The position numbers and the translations under genes are program-made. A stretch of 64,000 nucleotides of DNA from a bacterium (GTDB taxonomy: Bacteria > Chloroflexota > Dormibacteria > Aeolococcales > Bog-877), in NCBI GenBank assembly GCA_021802045.1, contig JAKABB010000001.1, positions 7,072-71,071 of the forward strand, read 5' to 3'. The notes under the pieces were generated by a model. That model saw nothing but the letters and a program-made list of their open reading frames with translations, made no database searches and was not told the origin of the DNA. How positions within the stretch are numbered: the stretch's first letter is position 1; each line of letters starts with the position of its first letter. Of the stretch, positions 54,064 to 63,170 are shown piece after piece.

Positions 54064-56271
54064 TCAGGGGGTGGCGGAGGTCAGCCACACCGTGGCCAGG
54101 GGCGGGAGCGTCAGGGCCAGCGAGTGTGGGAACCCGTGCAGGGGCTCGGGCCGGGCATGGAGCGTTCCTTGATTGCCGACGTTGCCGCCCCCGTAGTACC
54201 CGCTGTCGGTGTTGAGCCGTTCCAGGTAGCGGCCGGGCAGCGGGACGCCGATGCGGTACCCCGGGCGGGGGATGGGGGACAGGTTGCAGCAGCAGATCAG
54301 GGGGGGGTCGCGGTCCGTTCCCAGGCGCAGGAAGGCCACCACGTCGCTGTCGGCGTCGTTGGCCACGATCCAGCGGAAGCCGTCCGCGTCCACGTCGCGG
54401 CTGTGCAGGGCCCCCAGGTCGCGGTAGAGGCCGTTGAGGTCTCGGACCAGGTCCTGGACGCCGCGGTGCCCCGGTCGCTCCAGGAGGTGCCAGTCGAGGC
54501 TGGCGTCGGCGGTCCACTCGCGTTCCTGGGCGAATTCGCCCCCCATGAAGAGGAGCTGCTTGCCGGGGTGGGCCCACATGTAGGCCAGAAGCGCCCGCAG
54601 GTTGGCCAGCTGCTGCCAGCGGTCACCGGGCATCTTCGCCAACAGGGAGCCCTTGCCGTGGACGACCTCGTCGTGGGAGAGGGGTAGGACGAAGTTCTCC
54701 GACCAGGCGTAGAGGAGGCCGAAGGTGAGGTCATGGTGGTGGTACCGGCGGTGGATCGGGTCCCGCCGGAAGTACTCCAGGGTGTCGTGCATCCAGCCCA
54801 TGTTCCACTTGAAGGTGAAGCCCAGCCCCCCGACGTAGGTGGGACGGCTGACGCCCGGCCAGGAGGTGGACTCCTCGGCGATGACCATGGCCCCCTGGTG
54901 CTGCCCGTGGACCAGGACGTTGAGCTCCCGCAGGAAGTCCACGGCCTCCAGGTGCTCGCGGCCACCGAAGCGGTTGGGCACCCATTCGCCCGCCGCCCGG
55001 CTGTAGTCGAGGTAGAGCATGGAGGCCACGGCGTCCACCCGCAGACCGTCAATGTGGTACGCCTCGAACCAGAAGAGGGCGTTGGCCAGAAGGAAGTTGC
55101 GCACCTCGGTGCGCCCGTAATTGAAGATCAGGGTGCCCCAGTCTGGGTGGCTGCCCTGGCGCGGGTCCTGGTGCTCGTAGAGCGCGGTGCCATCGAACTG
55201 GGCCAGTCCCGCCTCGTCCCGTGGGAAGTGGGCCGGGACCCAGTCCACGATCACCCCGATGCCCCGCTGGTGCAGCAGGTCGACCAGGGCCCGGAAGTCG
55301 TCCGGGCCGCCGTGGCGCGCGGTGGGGGCGTAGTAGCCTGTGATCTGGTAGCCCCAGGAGCCGCCGAAGGGATGCTCCGCCACCGGCAGGAACTCCACGT
55401 GGGTGAAGCCCAGCCGCTGGACGTAGTCGGCCAGCGCGGGTGCGATCTCCCGGTAGGAGAGCAAGCGGTTTCCGTCCGGGTCGCGACGCCAGGACCCGAG
55501 GTGGACCTCGTAGATGCTGAGGGGGGACCGCAGGGGGTCGGTGTCCGCCCGCCGACCCATCCACGCCGCGTCCCCCCACGTGTGCTGCGAGATGGCGACC
55601 CGGCTGGCGGTCCCCGGGGGCACCTCGGTCGCGAAGGCCAGGGGATCGCCCTTCAGGACCCAGCGGCCGGCGCCGGTGCGAATGGCGAACTTGTAGGCCT
55701 CGCCCGCGCCCACGCCGGGGACGAAGAGCTCCCAGACACCCGACCCCCCAAGGTTGCGCATCGGGTGGCCGCTCCCATCCCAGGCGTTGAAGTCGCCGAC
55801 CAGCCGGACACCGGACGCGTTGGGGGCCCAGACCGCGAAGGCGGTGCCGGCGACACCGGCGAGGTGCCGAGGGTGGGCCCCCAGGTGGTCCCAGAGTCGC
55901 TGGTCGGTGCCCTCGCCGATGAGGTGGAGGTCCACTGGGCCCAGGGTGGGCGGGAGGGCGTAGGGGTCGGCGGTGCGCTGCTGGCCGCCATCGGGCCAGG
56001 TGAACTCCAGTTCGTACGATGCGTCGCCGGGGGTGACATCGAGGACGGCCTCGAAGAAGCCGGGGGGGAGGCGCGGTGCCGCCGGCACCGCCCGGCCCCG
56101 GTGCAGGACGGTCACCTGTCGCGCGGCGGGCCGGAACACGCGCACCACCGACCGCGCCCCCCGGGGGTGCGGGCCCAGGAGCCGGTGGGGGTCGGTGTGG
56201 GTGCCGGCCGACAGCGCCTCCAGCTCCGCTCGGGGCGGGCCAGCCGATCCCGGCCGACGGGGTGGGGTCAC
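54064..56271 (-). CDS. glgB: 1,4-alpha-glucan branching enzyme
   Basis: Contains DPHRLLGPHP, GFTHVEFLPVAEHPFGGSWGYQ, DWVPAHFP, LRVDAVASMLY and EESTSWPGV, the GH13 branching-enzyme signature blocks. Confidence 0.95.
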   Translation of the reverse strand: MTPPRRPGSAGPPRAELEALSAGTHTDPHRLLGPHPRGARSVVRVFRPAARQVTVLHRGRAVPAAPRLPPGFFEAVLDVTPGDASYELEFTWPDGGQQRTADPYALPPTLGPVDLHLIGEGTDQRLWDHLGAHPRHLAGVAGTAFAVWAPNASGVRLVGDFNAWDGSGHPMRNLGGSGVWELFVPGVGAGEAYKFAIRTGAGRWVLKGDPLAFATEVPPGTASRVAISQHTWGDAAWMGRRADTDPLRSPLSIYEVHLGSWRRDPDGNRLLSYREIAPALADYVQRLGFTHVEFLPVAEHPFGGSWGYQITGYYAPTARHGGPDDFRALVDLLHQRGIGVIVDWVPAHFPRDEAGLAQFDGTALYEHQDPRQGSHPDWGTLIFNYGRTEVRNFLLANALFWFEAYHIDGLRVDAVASMLYLDYSRAAGEWVPNRFGGREHLEAVDFLRELNVLVHGQHQGAMVIAEESTSWPGVSRPTYVGGLGFTFKWNMGWMHDTLEYFRRDPIHRRYHHHDLTFGLLYAWSENFVLPLSHDEVVHGKGSLLAKMPGDRWQQLANLRALLAYMWAHPGKQLLFMGGEFAQEREWTADASLDWHLLERPGHRGVQDLVRDLNGLYRDLGALHSRDVDADGFRWIVANDADSDVVAFLRLGTDRDPPLICCCNLSPIPRPGYRIGVPLPGRYLERLNTDSGYYGGGNVGNQGTLHARPEPLHGFPHSLALTLPPLATVWLTSATP

Positions 56272-56289
56272 GGCGTGGCCGCCACGTGT

Positions 56290-57819
56290 TCAGCCGGCCT
56301 TGGGGCTGCAGATGCGGGCGATCCCGTTGAGGGGGATCGTGACCCACTCCGGGCGGTGGTCAACCTCATAGCGGACCTCGTACAGGGCCTTCTCCAGTTG
56401 AAAGGCGGTCAGCAGCTTGGCCACGGCAGCCGGTGCGTCGGGGAGGAGCCCGGTGCCCCGGACGCGGTCCTGGTAGGTGTCAAGGAATCGCCGCTGGCAG
56501 CGCCGGGTCCACTCGCGGCCGTACGGTTCCAGTGACCGCCAGGCCGGGTCGGCGGGTGTGGTCTGCTGGCGCAGGGCCACCTCGGCGGCGTAGCTGAAGG
56601 AGCGCAGCATGCCGGCCACGTCGCGGAGCGGCGAGGCCAGCTGGCGGCGCTCCGCCATGGGGCGGGCCGGCTCACCCTCGAAGTCGAGCACGTGCCAGCC
56701 GTTGTCGGTGCGCAGGACCTGGCCCAGGTGGTAGTCACCGTGGACGCGGATGAGCTGCCCGGCCGTCGCCAGGGTCCCGATGGCCCGGATGGCGGCGTGC
56801 ATCCGGCTGCGATGGGTGGCAAGGGATGCGAGCTGGGGATCCCCACGGGCCAGCAGGGCCGCGAGCATGCTCTCCGTCTGGCTGGCCCAGGCGGTGAGCT
56901 CGCGCACCCCGCCGGTCCGGGCCCTGGTGGCGGGGTCGTCGCCTCCCCGGGCCAGGGCCAGGTGCAGGGCGGCCGTCAGGTGGCCGAGATGGGCGGCGTG
57001 GGGCTCGAAGGAGCTGCCCTGGCCCTGCAGGACCTGATCCACGGTGACGGGCAGGGGGAGCTCGCCGTCGGCGTCCTCCCGGAGGTCCCCGAAGAGGTCG
57101 CGCAGGGAGGTCAGGGCCAGGGCGAGGCCGTCGCTCCCCGTGCCCAGGTGGGTCTGGATCAGGGCCAGGGTGGCGGGGCCGTCCGCCAGCTCCAGGGTGA
57201 TGCTCCCCACGGGGCGGGGGAGGGCGGTGAAGCCGTTGCCCAGGAGCAGCAGGGGGAGCTCGAGCTCGGGGTTGAGGCCGGGCCAGAGCCGCCGGAACCA
57301 CTTGAGGAACCACCGATCGTCATAGGTGGCGGCGGAGTTGCTCTGATCGGCCGCGAGCAGCCGCGCGGTCTGGGGCGGGGCGGCGGGGCCGGGGCCGCCC
57401 CCCGGGGCCGGTGCGAAGCGCACCGCCGCCCCCGCTCCGGTCACGGTCTGCCCCGGGTGGGTGCGGGCCAGCAGGTCCAGGAGGATGGTGGGATCGGCCA
57501 GCCCGTCGTACACCAGCCACTCGGGGGCTGCCGGGGCGTCGGCGAGCTCCAGGAGTGCCGCGGCCGGGGCTGGGGGGAGGGGCTCTGACGCCGGCCGCAG
57601 GCCGAGGAGCAGCGCGTACCGGGCCGCGGTGCCGTCGGTGCAGGTGACGTCGACCACGGTGACGGCGGCGGCGGGGGAGCGGCGGCGGAGCCAGACCGTG
57701 GCCACCAGCTCGGCGGTGGCCACGGGGGCGGCCCCCGCGAACCAGCGCTGCCGGGGCAGGTAGTCGTGGAGGGCCCGCTCCAGGCCGGGCAGGCGCCGCA
57801 GGTCGGTGGGCAGGGTCAC
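56290..57819 (-). CDS. pep2: Maltokinase (Pep2/Mak)
   Basis: The GTG at 57819 overlaps the treS stop (GTGA). Contains YLPRQRWFAG and RVHGDYHLGQVLRTDNGWHVLDFEGEP, the maltokinase kinase core. The 58125 track start lies inside treS. Confidence 0.85.
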   Translation of the reverse strand: MTLPTDLRRLPGLERALHDYLPRQRWFAGAAPVATAELVATVWLRRRSPAAAVTVVDVTCTDGTAARYALLLGLRPASEPLPPAPAAALLELADAPAAPEWLVYDGLADPTILLDLLARTHPGQTVTGAGAAVRFAPAPGGGPGPAAPPQTARLLAADQSNSAATYDDRWFLKWFRRLWPGLNPELELPLLLLGNGFTALPRPVGSITLELADGPATLALIQTHLGTGSDGLALALTSLRDLFGDLREDADGELPLPVTVDQVLQGQGSSFEPHAAHLGHLTAALHLALARGGDDPATRARTGGVRELTAWASQTESMLAALLARGDPQLASLATHRSRMHAAIRAIGTLATAGQLIRVHGDYHLGQVLRTDNGWHVLDFEGEPARPMAERRQLASPLRDVAGMLRSFSYAAEVALRQQTTPADPAWRSLEPYGREWTRRCQRRFLDTYQDRVRGTGLLPDAPAAVAKLLTAFQLEKALYEVRYEVDHRPEWVTIPLNGIARICSPKAG

Positions 57820-59459
57820 GCCGGCGGCTCCAGTTGGAACCAGTAGAACCCGTGGGGCCCGAGGGTCAAGAGGTAGGGGAGGTCGCCGATACGGGGGAAG
57901 GGCACCCGCCCCACCAGCTCCACCGGGCTGCGGCCGTCGAAGCGGCGGAGGTCGAGCTCCACGGGCTGGGGGAAGCGGGAGAGGTTGTTGACGCAGAGGA
58001 TCACTTCGTCCTCCAGAGTTCGCAGGAAGGCGAAGACCGAGGGGTTGCTCGCGCCCAGGACCTCGAAGGCGCCCCGGCCGAAGACGGGGCGGCCCTTGCG
58101 GATCTGGATGAAGCGCCGCAGCCACTGCAGGGGCGAGCTGTTGCTGCGCTGCTGCTGCTCCACGTTGCAGGCCTGGAAGCCGTAGACGGGGTCCATCAGG
58201 GGCGGCAGGTAGAGCCGGGCGAAGTCACTACGCGAGAAGCCGGCGTTGCGGTCGCCGCTCCACTGCATGGGGGTGCGCACGCCGTCCCGGTCGCCGAGGT
58301 AGATGTTGTCGCCCATCCCGATCTCGTCCCCGTAGTACAGGATGGGCGTGCCCGGCAGGGAGAGGAGCAGCCCGTAGAAGAGCTCCATCTGCCGGCGGCC
58401 GTTGTCCAGCAGCGGGGCCAGCCGCCGCCGGATGCCGAGGTTCAGCTTCATGCGGGGGTCGCGGGCGTACTCGCCGTACATGTAGTCGCGCTCGGCGTCG
58501 CTGACCATCTCCAGGGTGAGCTCGTCGTGGTTGCGCAGGAACAGGGCCCACTGCGCCCCCTCCGGGATCTCGGGTGTCTGGGCCAGGATCTCGGTGATGG
58601 GGTAGCGCTCCTCCCGGCGCAGGGCCATGAACATCCGCGGCATCAGCGGGAAGTGGAAGCACATGTGGCACTCGTCGCCGGAGCCGAAGTAGGCGGCGAC
58701 GTCGCTGGGCCACTGGTTGGCCTCGGCCAGGAGGACCCGGCCGGGGTAGTGCGCGTCCACCTCGGCCCGGATCCTCTTCAGGTAGGCGTGGGTGGCGGGC
58801 AGGTTCTCGCAGTTGGTCCCCTCGGCCTCGAAGAGGTAGGGAACGGCATCGAGACGGAAGCCGTCGAGGCCGAGGTCCAGCCAGAAGCGGACCACGTCGA
58901 GCATCGCCTCCTGCACCGCCGGGTTCTCGTAGTTGAGGTCTGGCTGGTGGGAGAAGAAACGGTGCCAGTAGTAGGCGCCCGCCACCGGGTCCCAGCTCCA
59001 GTTGGAATGTTCGGTGTCCACGAAGATGACCCGCGCGTCCCCGTAGCGGGAGGGGTCGTCGCTCCAGACGTACCAGTCCCGCTTGGGGGACTGGGGGCCG
59101 CTGCGGGCCTCCTGGAACCAGGGATGCTGGTCCGAGGTGTGGTTGACCACCAGGTCGCAGATGACCCGCATTCCCCGGGCGTGGGCCTCGTGGAGGAGGC
59201 GCCGCATGTCATCGAGGCTGCCGTACTCGGGCTGGATGGAGTAGAAGTCGCTGATGTCGTAGCCGCCGTCGCGCTGCGGCGACCGCAGCACCGGCAGCAG
59301 CCAGATGCAGTCGACGCCCAGCCAGTGGAGGTAGTCGAGATGGTCGATGACCCCGGCCAGGTCGCCGGAGCCGTCGTTGTCGGAGTCGGCGAAGCCGCGC
59401 ACGTACACCTCGTAGAAGATGGCGTCGCGGTACCAGGTGGGGTCGTCGCGGAGCGTCAT
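57816..59459 (-). CDS. treS: Trehalose synthase (maltose alpha-D-glucosyltransferase)
   Basis: Contains WYRDAIFYEVYVRGFADSDNDGSGDLAG, GFRLDAVPYLFE, LAEANQWP and FLRNHDELTLE (GH13 TreS). Confidence 0.95.
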   Translation of the reverse strand: MTLRDDPTWYRDAIFYEVYVRGFADSDNDGSGDLAGVIDHLDYLHWLGVDCIWLLPVLRSPQRDGGYDISDFYSIQPEYGSLDDMRRLLHEAHARGMRVICDLVVNHTSDQHPWFQEARSGPQSPKRDWYVWSDDPSRYGDARVIFVDTEHSNWSWDPVAGAYYWHRFFSHQPDLNYENPAVQEAMLDVVRFWLDLGLDGFRLDAVPYLFEAEGTNCENLPATHAYLKRIRAEVDAHYPGRVLLAEANQWPSDVAAYFGSGDECHMCFHFPLMPRMFMALRREERYPITEILAQTPEIPEGAQWALFLRNHDELTLEMVSDAERDYMYGEYARDPRMKLNLGIRRRLAPLLDNGRRQMELFYGLLLSLPGTPILYYGDEIGMGDNIYLGDRDGVRTPMQWSGDRNAGFSRSDFARLYLPPLMDPVYGFQACNVEQQQRSNSSPLQWLRRFIQIRKGRPVFGRGAFEVLGASNPSVFAFLRTLEDEVILCVNNLSRFPQPVELDLRRFDGRSPVELVGRVPFPRIGDLPYLLTLGPHGFYWFQLEPPA

Positions 59460-61411
59460 GGCTGCAGGTGGAGGATGTGGGCGGGGGCGGTGGCGGGGTC
59501 GAGGCGGACGTAGTTGGCGGAGCCGTTCCAGCGGTAGGTGGCCCCGTCCAGCTCGTCGGTCAGCGTGAAGGTGGCATCCGGGGCGAGCCCCAGGGCCGGC
59601 AGGTCCAGCCGGACGGTCCCCTCATGCCAGTGCCAGGGGTCGAGGTTGACCACCATCAGCAGCAGGTCGTCGCCGTCGTCCGAGCGCCGGGAGTACGCCA
59701 TCATCCAGGGGCTGTCCAGCGGGTGGAAGCGCAGCCCGCGCAGGCGGCGGAGGGCCGGGTGGCGGCGGCGGATGGCGTTGACCTGGGTGATGAGAGGCGC
59801 CAGGGAGTCGGGGCGGCCCCAGTCCCGAGGCCGGTACTGGTACTTCTCGGAGTCGCGGTACTCCTCCGATCCCGGCCTCAGGGGCTCCCGTTCGGCGAGC
59901 TCGAAGCCGCTGTAGATGCCGTAGAGCGGGGAGAGGGTGGCCGCCAGCACCAGCCGCAGGGCGAACGCCGCTCGCCCTCCCTCCTGCAGCTCGGCGCTGA
60001 GGATGTCCGGGGTGTTGACGAAGAGGTTGGGGCGGAGGAAGTCCACGCTGGCGGTGGTGAGCTCCTGGAGGTAGGCGGTCAGATCGTCCTTGCCGGAGCG
60101 CCAGGTGAAGTACGTGTAGGACTGGCTGAAGCCCACCCGGCCCAGGCGCCACATCATCTTGGGGCGCGTGAAGGCCTCGGCGAGGAGGACCACGTCCGGG
60201 TGGTGCCGGCGCAGTTCGGCGATGAGCCAGGCCCAGAAGGCCACCGGCTTGGTGTGAGGGTTGTCGACGCGGAAGATGCGCACCCCGCGTTCGACCCAGA
60301 AGCACAGGACGTCCCGGCAGGCGGCCCAGAGGGCCCGCCAATCGTGGCAGGCGAAGTCGAGTGGCACGATGTCCTCGTAGCGCTTGGGCGGGTTCTCGGC
60401 GTGAGCCACCGAACCGTCGGGGCGGTGCCGGAACCAGCCCGGGTGCTCGGTCACCCAGGGGTGGTCAGGGGAGCACTGCAGGGCGTAGTCCAGGGCCACC
60501 TCCAGGCCGGCGGCCTCAGCGGCGGCGCGGAAGGCGTCGAAGTCCTCCAGGGTCCCGAGCTCGGGGTGGACCGCGGTGTGGCCGCCGGCGGGGCTCCCGA
60601 TCGCCCAGGGGCTGCCGGGGTCGCCCGGGCCGGCCGGCTGGGTGTTGTTGGGCCCCTTGCGCCCGGTGACCCCGATGGGGTGGATGGGGGGCAGATAGAC
60701 GACGTCGAAGCCCATGGCGGCGATCGCGGGGAGCCGCCGGGCGGCGCTGCGGAAGGTGCCGCCGCGGCTGCCGGCGGCTCCCTCGGATCGGGGGAAGAAC
60801 TCGTACCAGGCCCCGATGCCGGCGCGCTGGCGCTCGACCCACAGGGGCAGTGGCGCCGAGACGGTGGCGCTGCGGCGATCGATCCGGCGGGCCAGGGCGG
60901 CGACCGCCGGGGCCGTCTGGGCCATCCGCAGGCGGTCGGCCGGGGGCCGGTGCGGGTCGCGCAGGACTGTCAGCACCCGTTCCAGCTTCCGGCGGTCAGC
61001 GGGCCCGAGTTCGGAGGCCCGCTCCTCCAGGAGCTGGGCCCCCGCCTCCAACTCGAGCTCGATGGGATGGCCTGCGCTCCGCTTGACCTCTGTCTGCCGC
61101 AGCCAGGTGCCGATGCCGTCGATCCAGCCGATGACCTGGAACGTGGCGGGACCCAGGGCCCGGGCCCGGATCTGCCCGTGCCACCGATCATTGTCGCCAG
61201 GGGCCAGCGCCCGCTCCGCCCACGGTCCGGTCCCGGACCGGAACCGGACCACCGCCCGCAGCCGGTCGTGCCCGTCCGCGAAGATGTCGGCCCCGACCTC
61301 CACCCATTCGTCGACCAGCGCTTTCGCGGGCAGCCGTCCGCCGTCGATCTGGGGAGTGATGTCCTCCACCAGCACACGGGCCACGGGCGCGGAGCGCAGG
61401 GTCGTTGGCAT
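59456..61411 (-). CDS. glgE: Alpha-1,4-glucan:maltose-1-phosphate maltosyltransferase
   Basis: The ATG at 61411 is preceded by AGGAGG. Contains ITPQIDGGRLPAK, WYEFFPRSEG, GFDVVYLPPIHPIG and FRVDNPHTKP. Its stop overlaps the treS start (ATGA). Confidence 0.93.
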   Translation of the reverse strand: MPTTLRSAPVARVLVEDITPQIDGGRLPAKALVDEWVEVGADIFADGHDRLRAVVRFRSGTGPWAERALAPGDNDRWHGQIRARALGPATFQVIGWIDGIGTWLRQTEVKRSAGHPIELELEAGAQLLEERASELGPADRRKLERVLTVLRDPHRPPADRLRMAQTAPAVAALARRIDRRSATVSAPLPLWVERQRAGIGAWYEFFPRSEGAAGSRGGTFRSAARRLPAIAAMGFDVVYLPPIHPIGVTGRKGPNNTQPAGPGDPGSPWAIGSPAGGHTAVHPELGTLEDFDAFRAAAEAAGLEVALDYALQCSPDHPWVTEHPGWFRHRPDGSVAHAENPPKRYEDIVPLDFACHDWRALWAACRDVLCFWVERGVRIFRVDNPHTKPVAFWAWLIAELRRHHPDVVLLAEAFTRPKMMWRLGRVGFSQSYTYFTWRSGKDDLTAYLQELTTASVDFLRPNLFVNTPDILSAELQEGGRAAFALRLVLAATLSPLYGIYSGFELAEREPLRPGSEEYRDSEKYQYRPRDWGRPDSLAPLITQVNAIRRRHPALRRLRGLRFHPLDSPWMMAYSRRSDDGDDLLLMVVNLDPWHWHEGTVRLDLPALGLAPDATFTLTDELDGATYRWNGSANYVRLDPATAPAHILHLQP

Positions 61412-61505
61412 CAGGACCTCCTGCTCGACGGCCGACTGCCCCCTAGCTTGCCAGGGATGGCCCCGGTGCAGCCGTTCGGGCGGCCCAACTATTGCCATCA
61501 CCGTC

Positions 61506-61528
61506 TACATGCCACATGGTTGCATGTA
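61506..61528. promoter_or_regulatory. Inverted repeat TACATGC-N9-GCATGTA in the glgE/permease divergent intergenic region (candidate operator)
   Basis: Read directly in a locally AT-richer patch. It overlaps a possible + strand promoter (TCTACA-17 nt-TATCAT). Confidence 0.4.
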
Positions 61529-61594
61529 TCATCGTGTGGCGGCTGGTGCCCGGGTCGCTCTGGGCGCCGTGATCGGGGCCGTCGGGAGGTCGTC

Positions 61595-63028
61595 ATGCGA
61601 GCCGACAAGCGGATCCCGTTTCCAGAGCGGGGTGGTGGAAGGGGGGCCGAGATGGCGCGCACCTTCCATCTCCTGGATCTCAGCAGCCTGTCGATCTCGA
61701 GCGTGGGGCCCCTCTTCAGCATCGCCGCCACCGGCGGGGTCCTGGCCGCGGCCAGCGGCTACTACACGGTGCTGGCGATCCTGCTGATCTCGATCCCGTT
61801 CATCACCAGCGCCTTCGTCTTCCGCCTCCTGAACCGGCACTTCCCCCATGCGGGCGCGTCCTACCACTGGACGGGGCGCATCCTCGGCCGCCGGGTCTCG
61901 CGCTTCCAGGCCGGGATCCTGCTGGTGGCCTACTTCGCCTCCATCCCCCCGATCATCATCCCGGCGGCGACCTATACCAAAGCGCTGCTGCTGCCCCACT
62001 GGCAGGCACCGCCGTTGGGGATGCTGGCCCTCAGCGCCTTCTGGGTGGGCTTCGCCCTCATCCCCCTGCTGGCCGGAGGCCGGCCCACGGCCCGGATCAC
62101 CCAGGCGTTCCTGGCTCTGGAGGTGGTGGCCATCCTGGTCATCGTCGGGGTCGCGATCGCGCGCTGGCCGGCCCTGCACGTGGCCATTCACCCCGGACCG
62201 CTGCCCGTGGGCGGGCTCTTCGTCAGCGCCATCATCGCCTCCACCATCCTCGATGGGTGGGAGATCGACAGCTACGCCGCCGAGGAGTCGCGACGACCCC
62301 GGGCCGACCCGGGCACGGCCGGGATCATCGGGGCCGTGGTGGCGCTGGCCGTCTACGTCGTGGTCTTCCCACTCCTGCTCGGCGAGACGCCGCTGCACCT
62401 CCTGGCCCACAGCACCGACCCGATGAGCGTCTGGGGCGCCCGCCTCCTGCCCCAGGCTCCGTGGCTGGTGCTGGTCCCGGTCCTGGCCAGCACGGCGGGC
62501 GGGCTCTGGCTCACGTCGTTCATCCTCACCCGGGCCCTCTTCGCGATGTCCCGCGACGGCCTGCTCCCCGGGGTCTTCAGCCGCCTCAGTCGCCGACACG
62601 TCCCCGCCCCGGCCATCCTCATCGCCCTCGGGGCGGCGCTGCTGGTGACGGCGGGGGAGACCCTGTACTCCTCGCTGGCCGCGTTCTTCGGGCTGGTGCT
62701 GGCGTCGGCGGGTTTCTTCCTGACCGCCGAGTTCTTCCTGGACAGCGTGACGGCCTCCGTCTTCCTCAGCCGCCGCCATCGCCCCCAGCCGGGCGAGGCG
62801 CTGTCGCCCCATGCCCACCGGGCGCTCCTGATCAGCTCGACCGTGGCCTCGGTGCTGCTGCTGGGGTTCCTGGTGGGGTTCCTGATCATCGCGCCCCACA
62901 TGGTCGGGGCCGGAGTCGATGCCGTGGTCCTGGTGGTGATCGCGGCCGCGCTGGCCTTCGCGCTCGCCGGCAGACGCCCCCGACCCCTGTTCGTCTTCCA
63001 ACCCGAGGTGGAGGAGCCGCTCCGGTAG
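61595..63028 (+). CDS. APC-superfamily amino acid/polyamine permease
   Basis: About 12 TM helices. Contains LSISSVGPLFSIAATGG...HFPHAGASYHW, typical of the APC N-terminus. The ATG at 61595 follows GGGAGG (alternative 61652). The rest of the 59468..63028 track ORF is antisense to glgE and is rejected. Confidence 0.85.
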   Translation: MRADKRIPFPERGGGRGAEMARTFHLLDLSSLSISSVGPLFSIAATGGVLAAASGYYTVLAILLISIPFITSAFVFRLLNRHFPHAGASYHWTGRILGRRVSRFQAGILLVAYFASIPPIIIPAATYTKALLLPHWQAPPLGMLALSAFWVGFALIPLLAGGRPTARITQAFLALEVVAILVIVGVAIARWPALHVAIHPGPLPVGGLFVSAIIASTILDGWEIDSYAAEESRRPRADPGTAGIIGAVVALAVYVVVFPLLLGETPLHLLAHSTDPMSVWGARLLPQAPWLVLVPVLASTAGGLWLTSFILTRALFAMSRDGLLPGVFSRLSRRHVPAPAILIALGAALLVTAGETLYSSLAAFFGLVLASAGFFLTAEFFLDSVTASVFLSRRHRPQPGEALSPHAHRALLISSTVASVLLLGFLVGFLIIAPHMVGAGVDAVVLVVIAAALAFALAGRRPRPLFVFQPEVEEPLR

Positions 63029-63080
63029 GGCCCCGGTCCCCGGTGAGGGAGGGGGGATCGGCTCGCGACCCGCGGGCGCT

Positions 63081-63106
63081 CGCACCGCGAGCGCGCTCGC
63101 GGTGCG
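63081..63106. terminator. Perfect 26-bp GC-rich palindrome after the permease gene (terminator or operator)
   Basis: CGCACCGCGAGCG|CGCTCGCGGTGCG read directly. It is followed immediately by CATACT (63107-63112). Confidence 0.4.
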
Positions 63107-63170
63107 CATACTGCCCCGGTGCCCGCGGGGGAGACGGGACTGCTGGACGGGCCGGTGAGGAGGACCCCCT

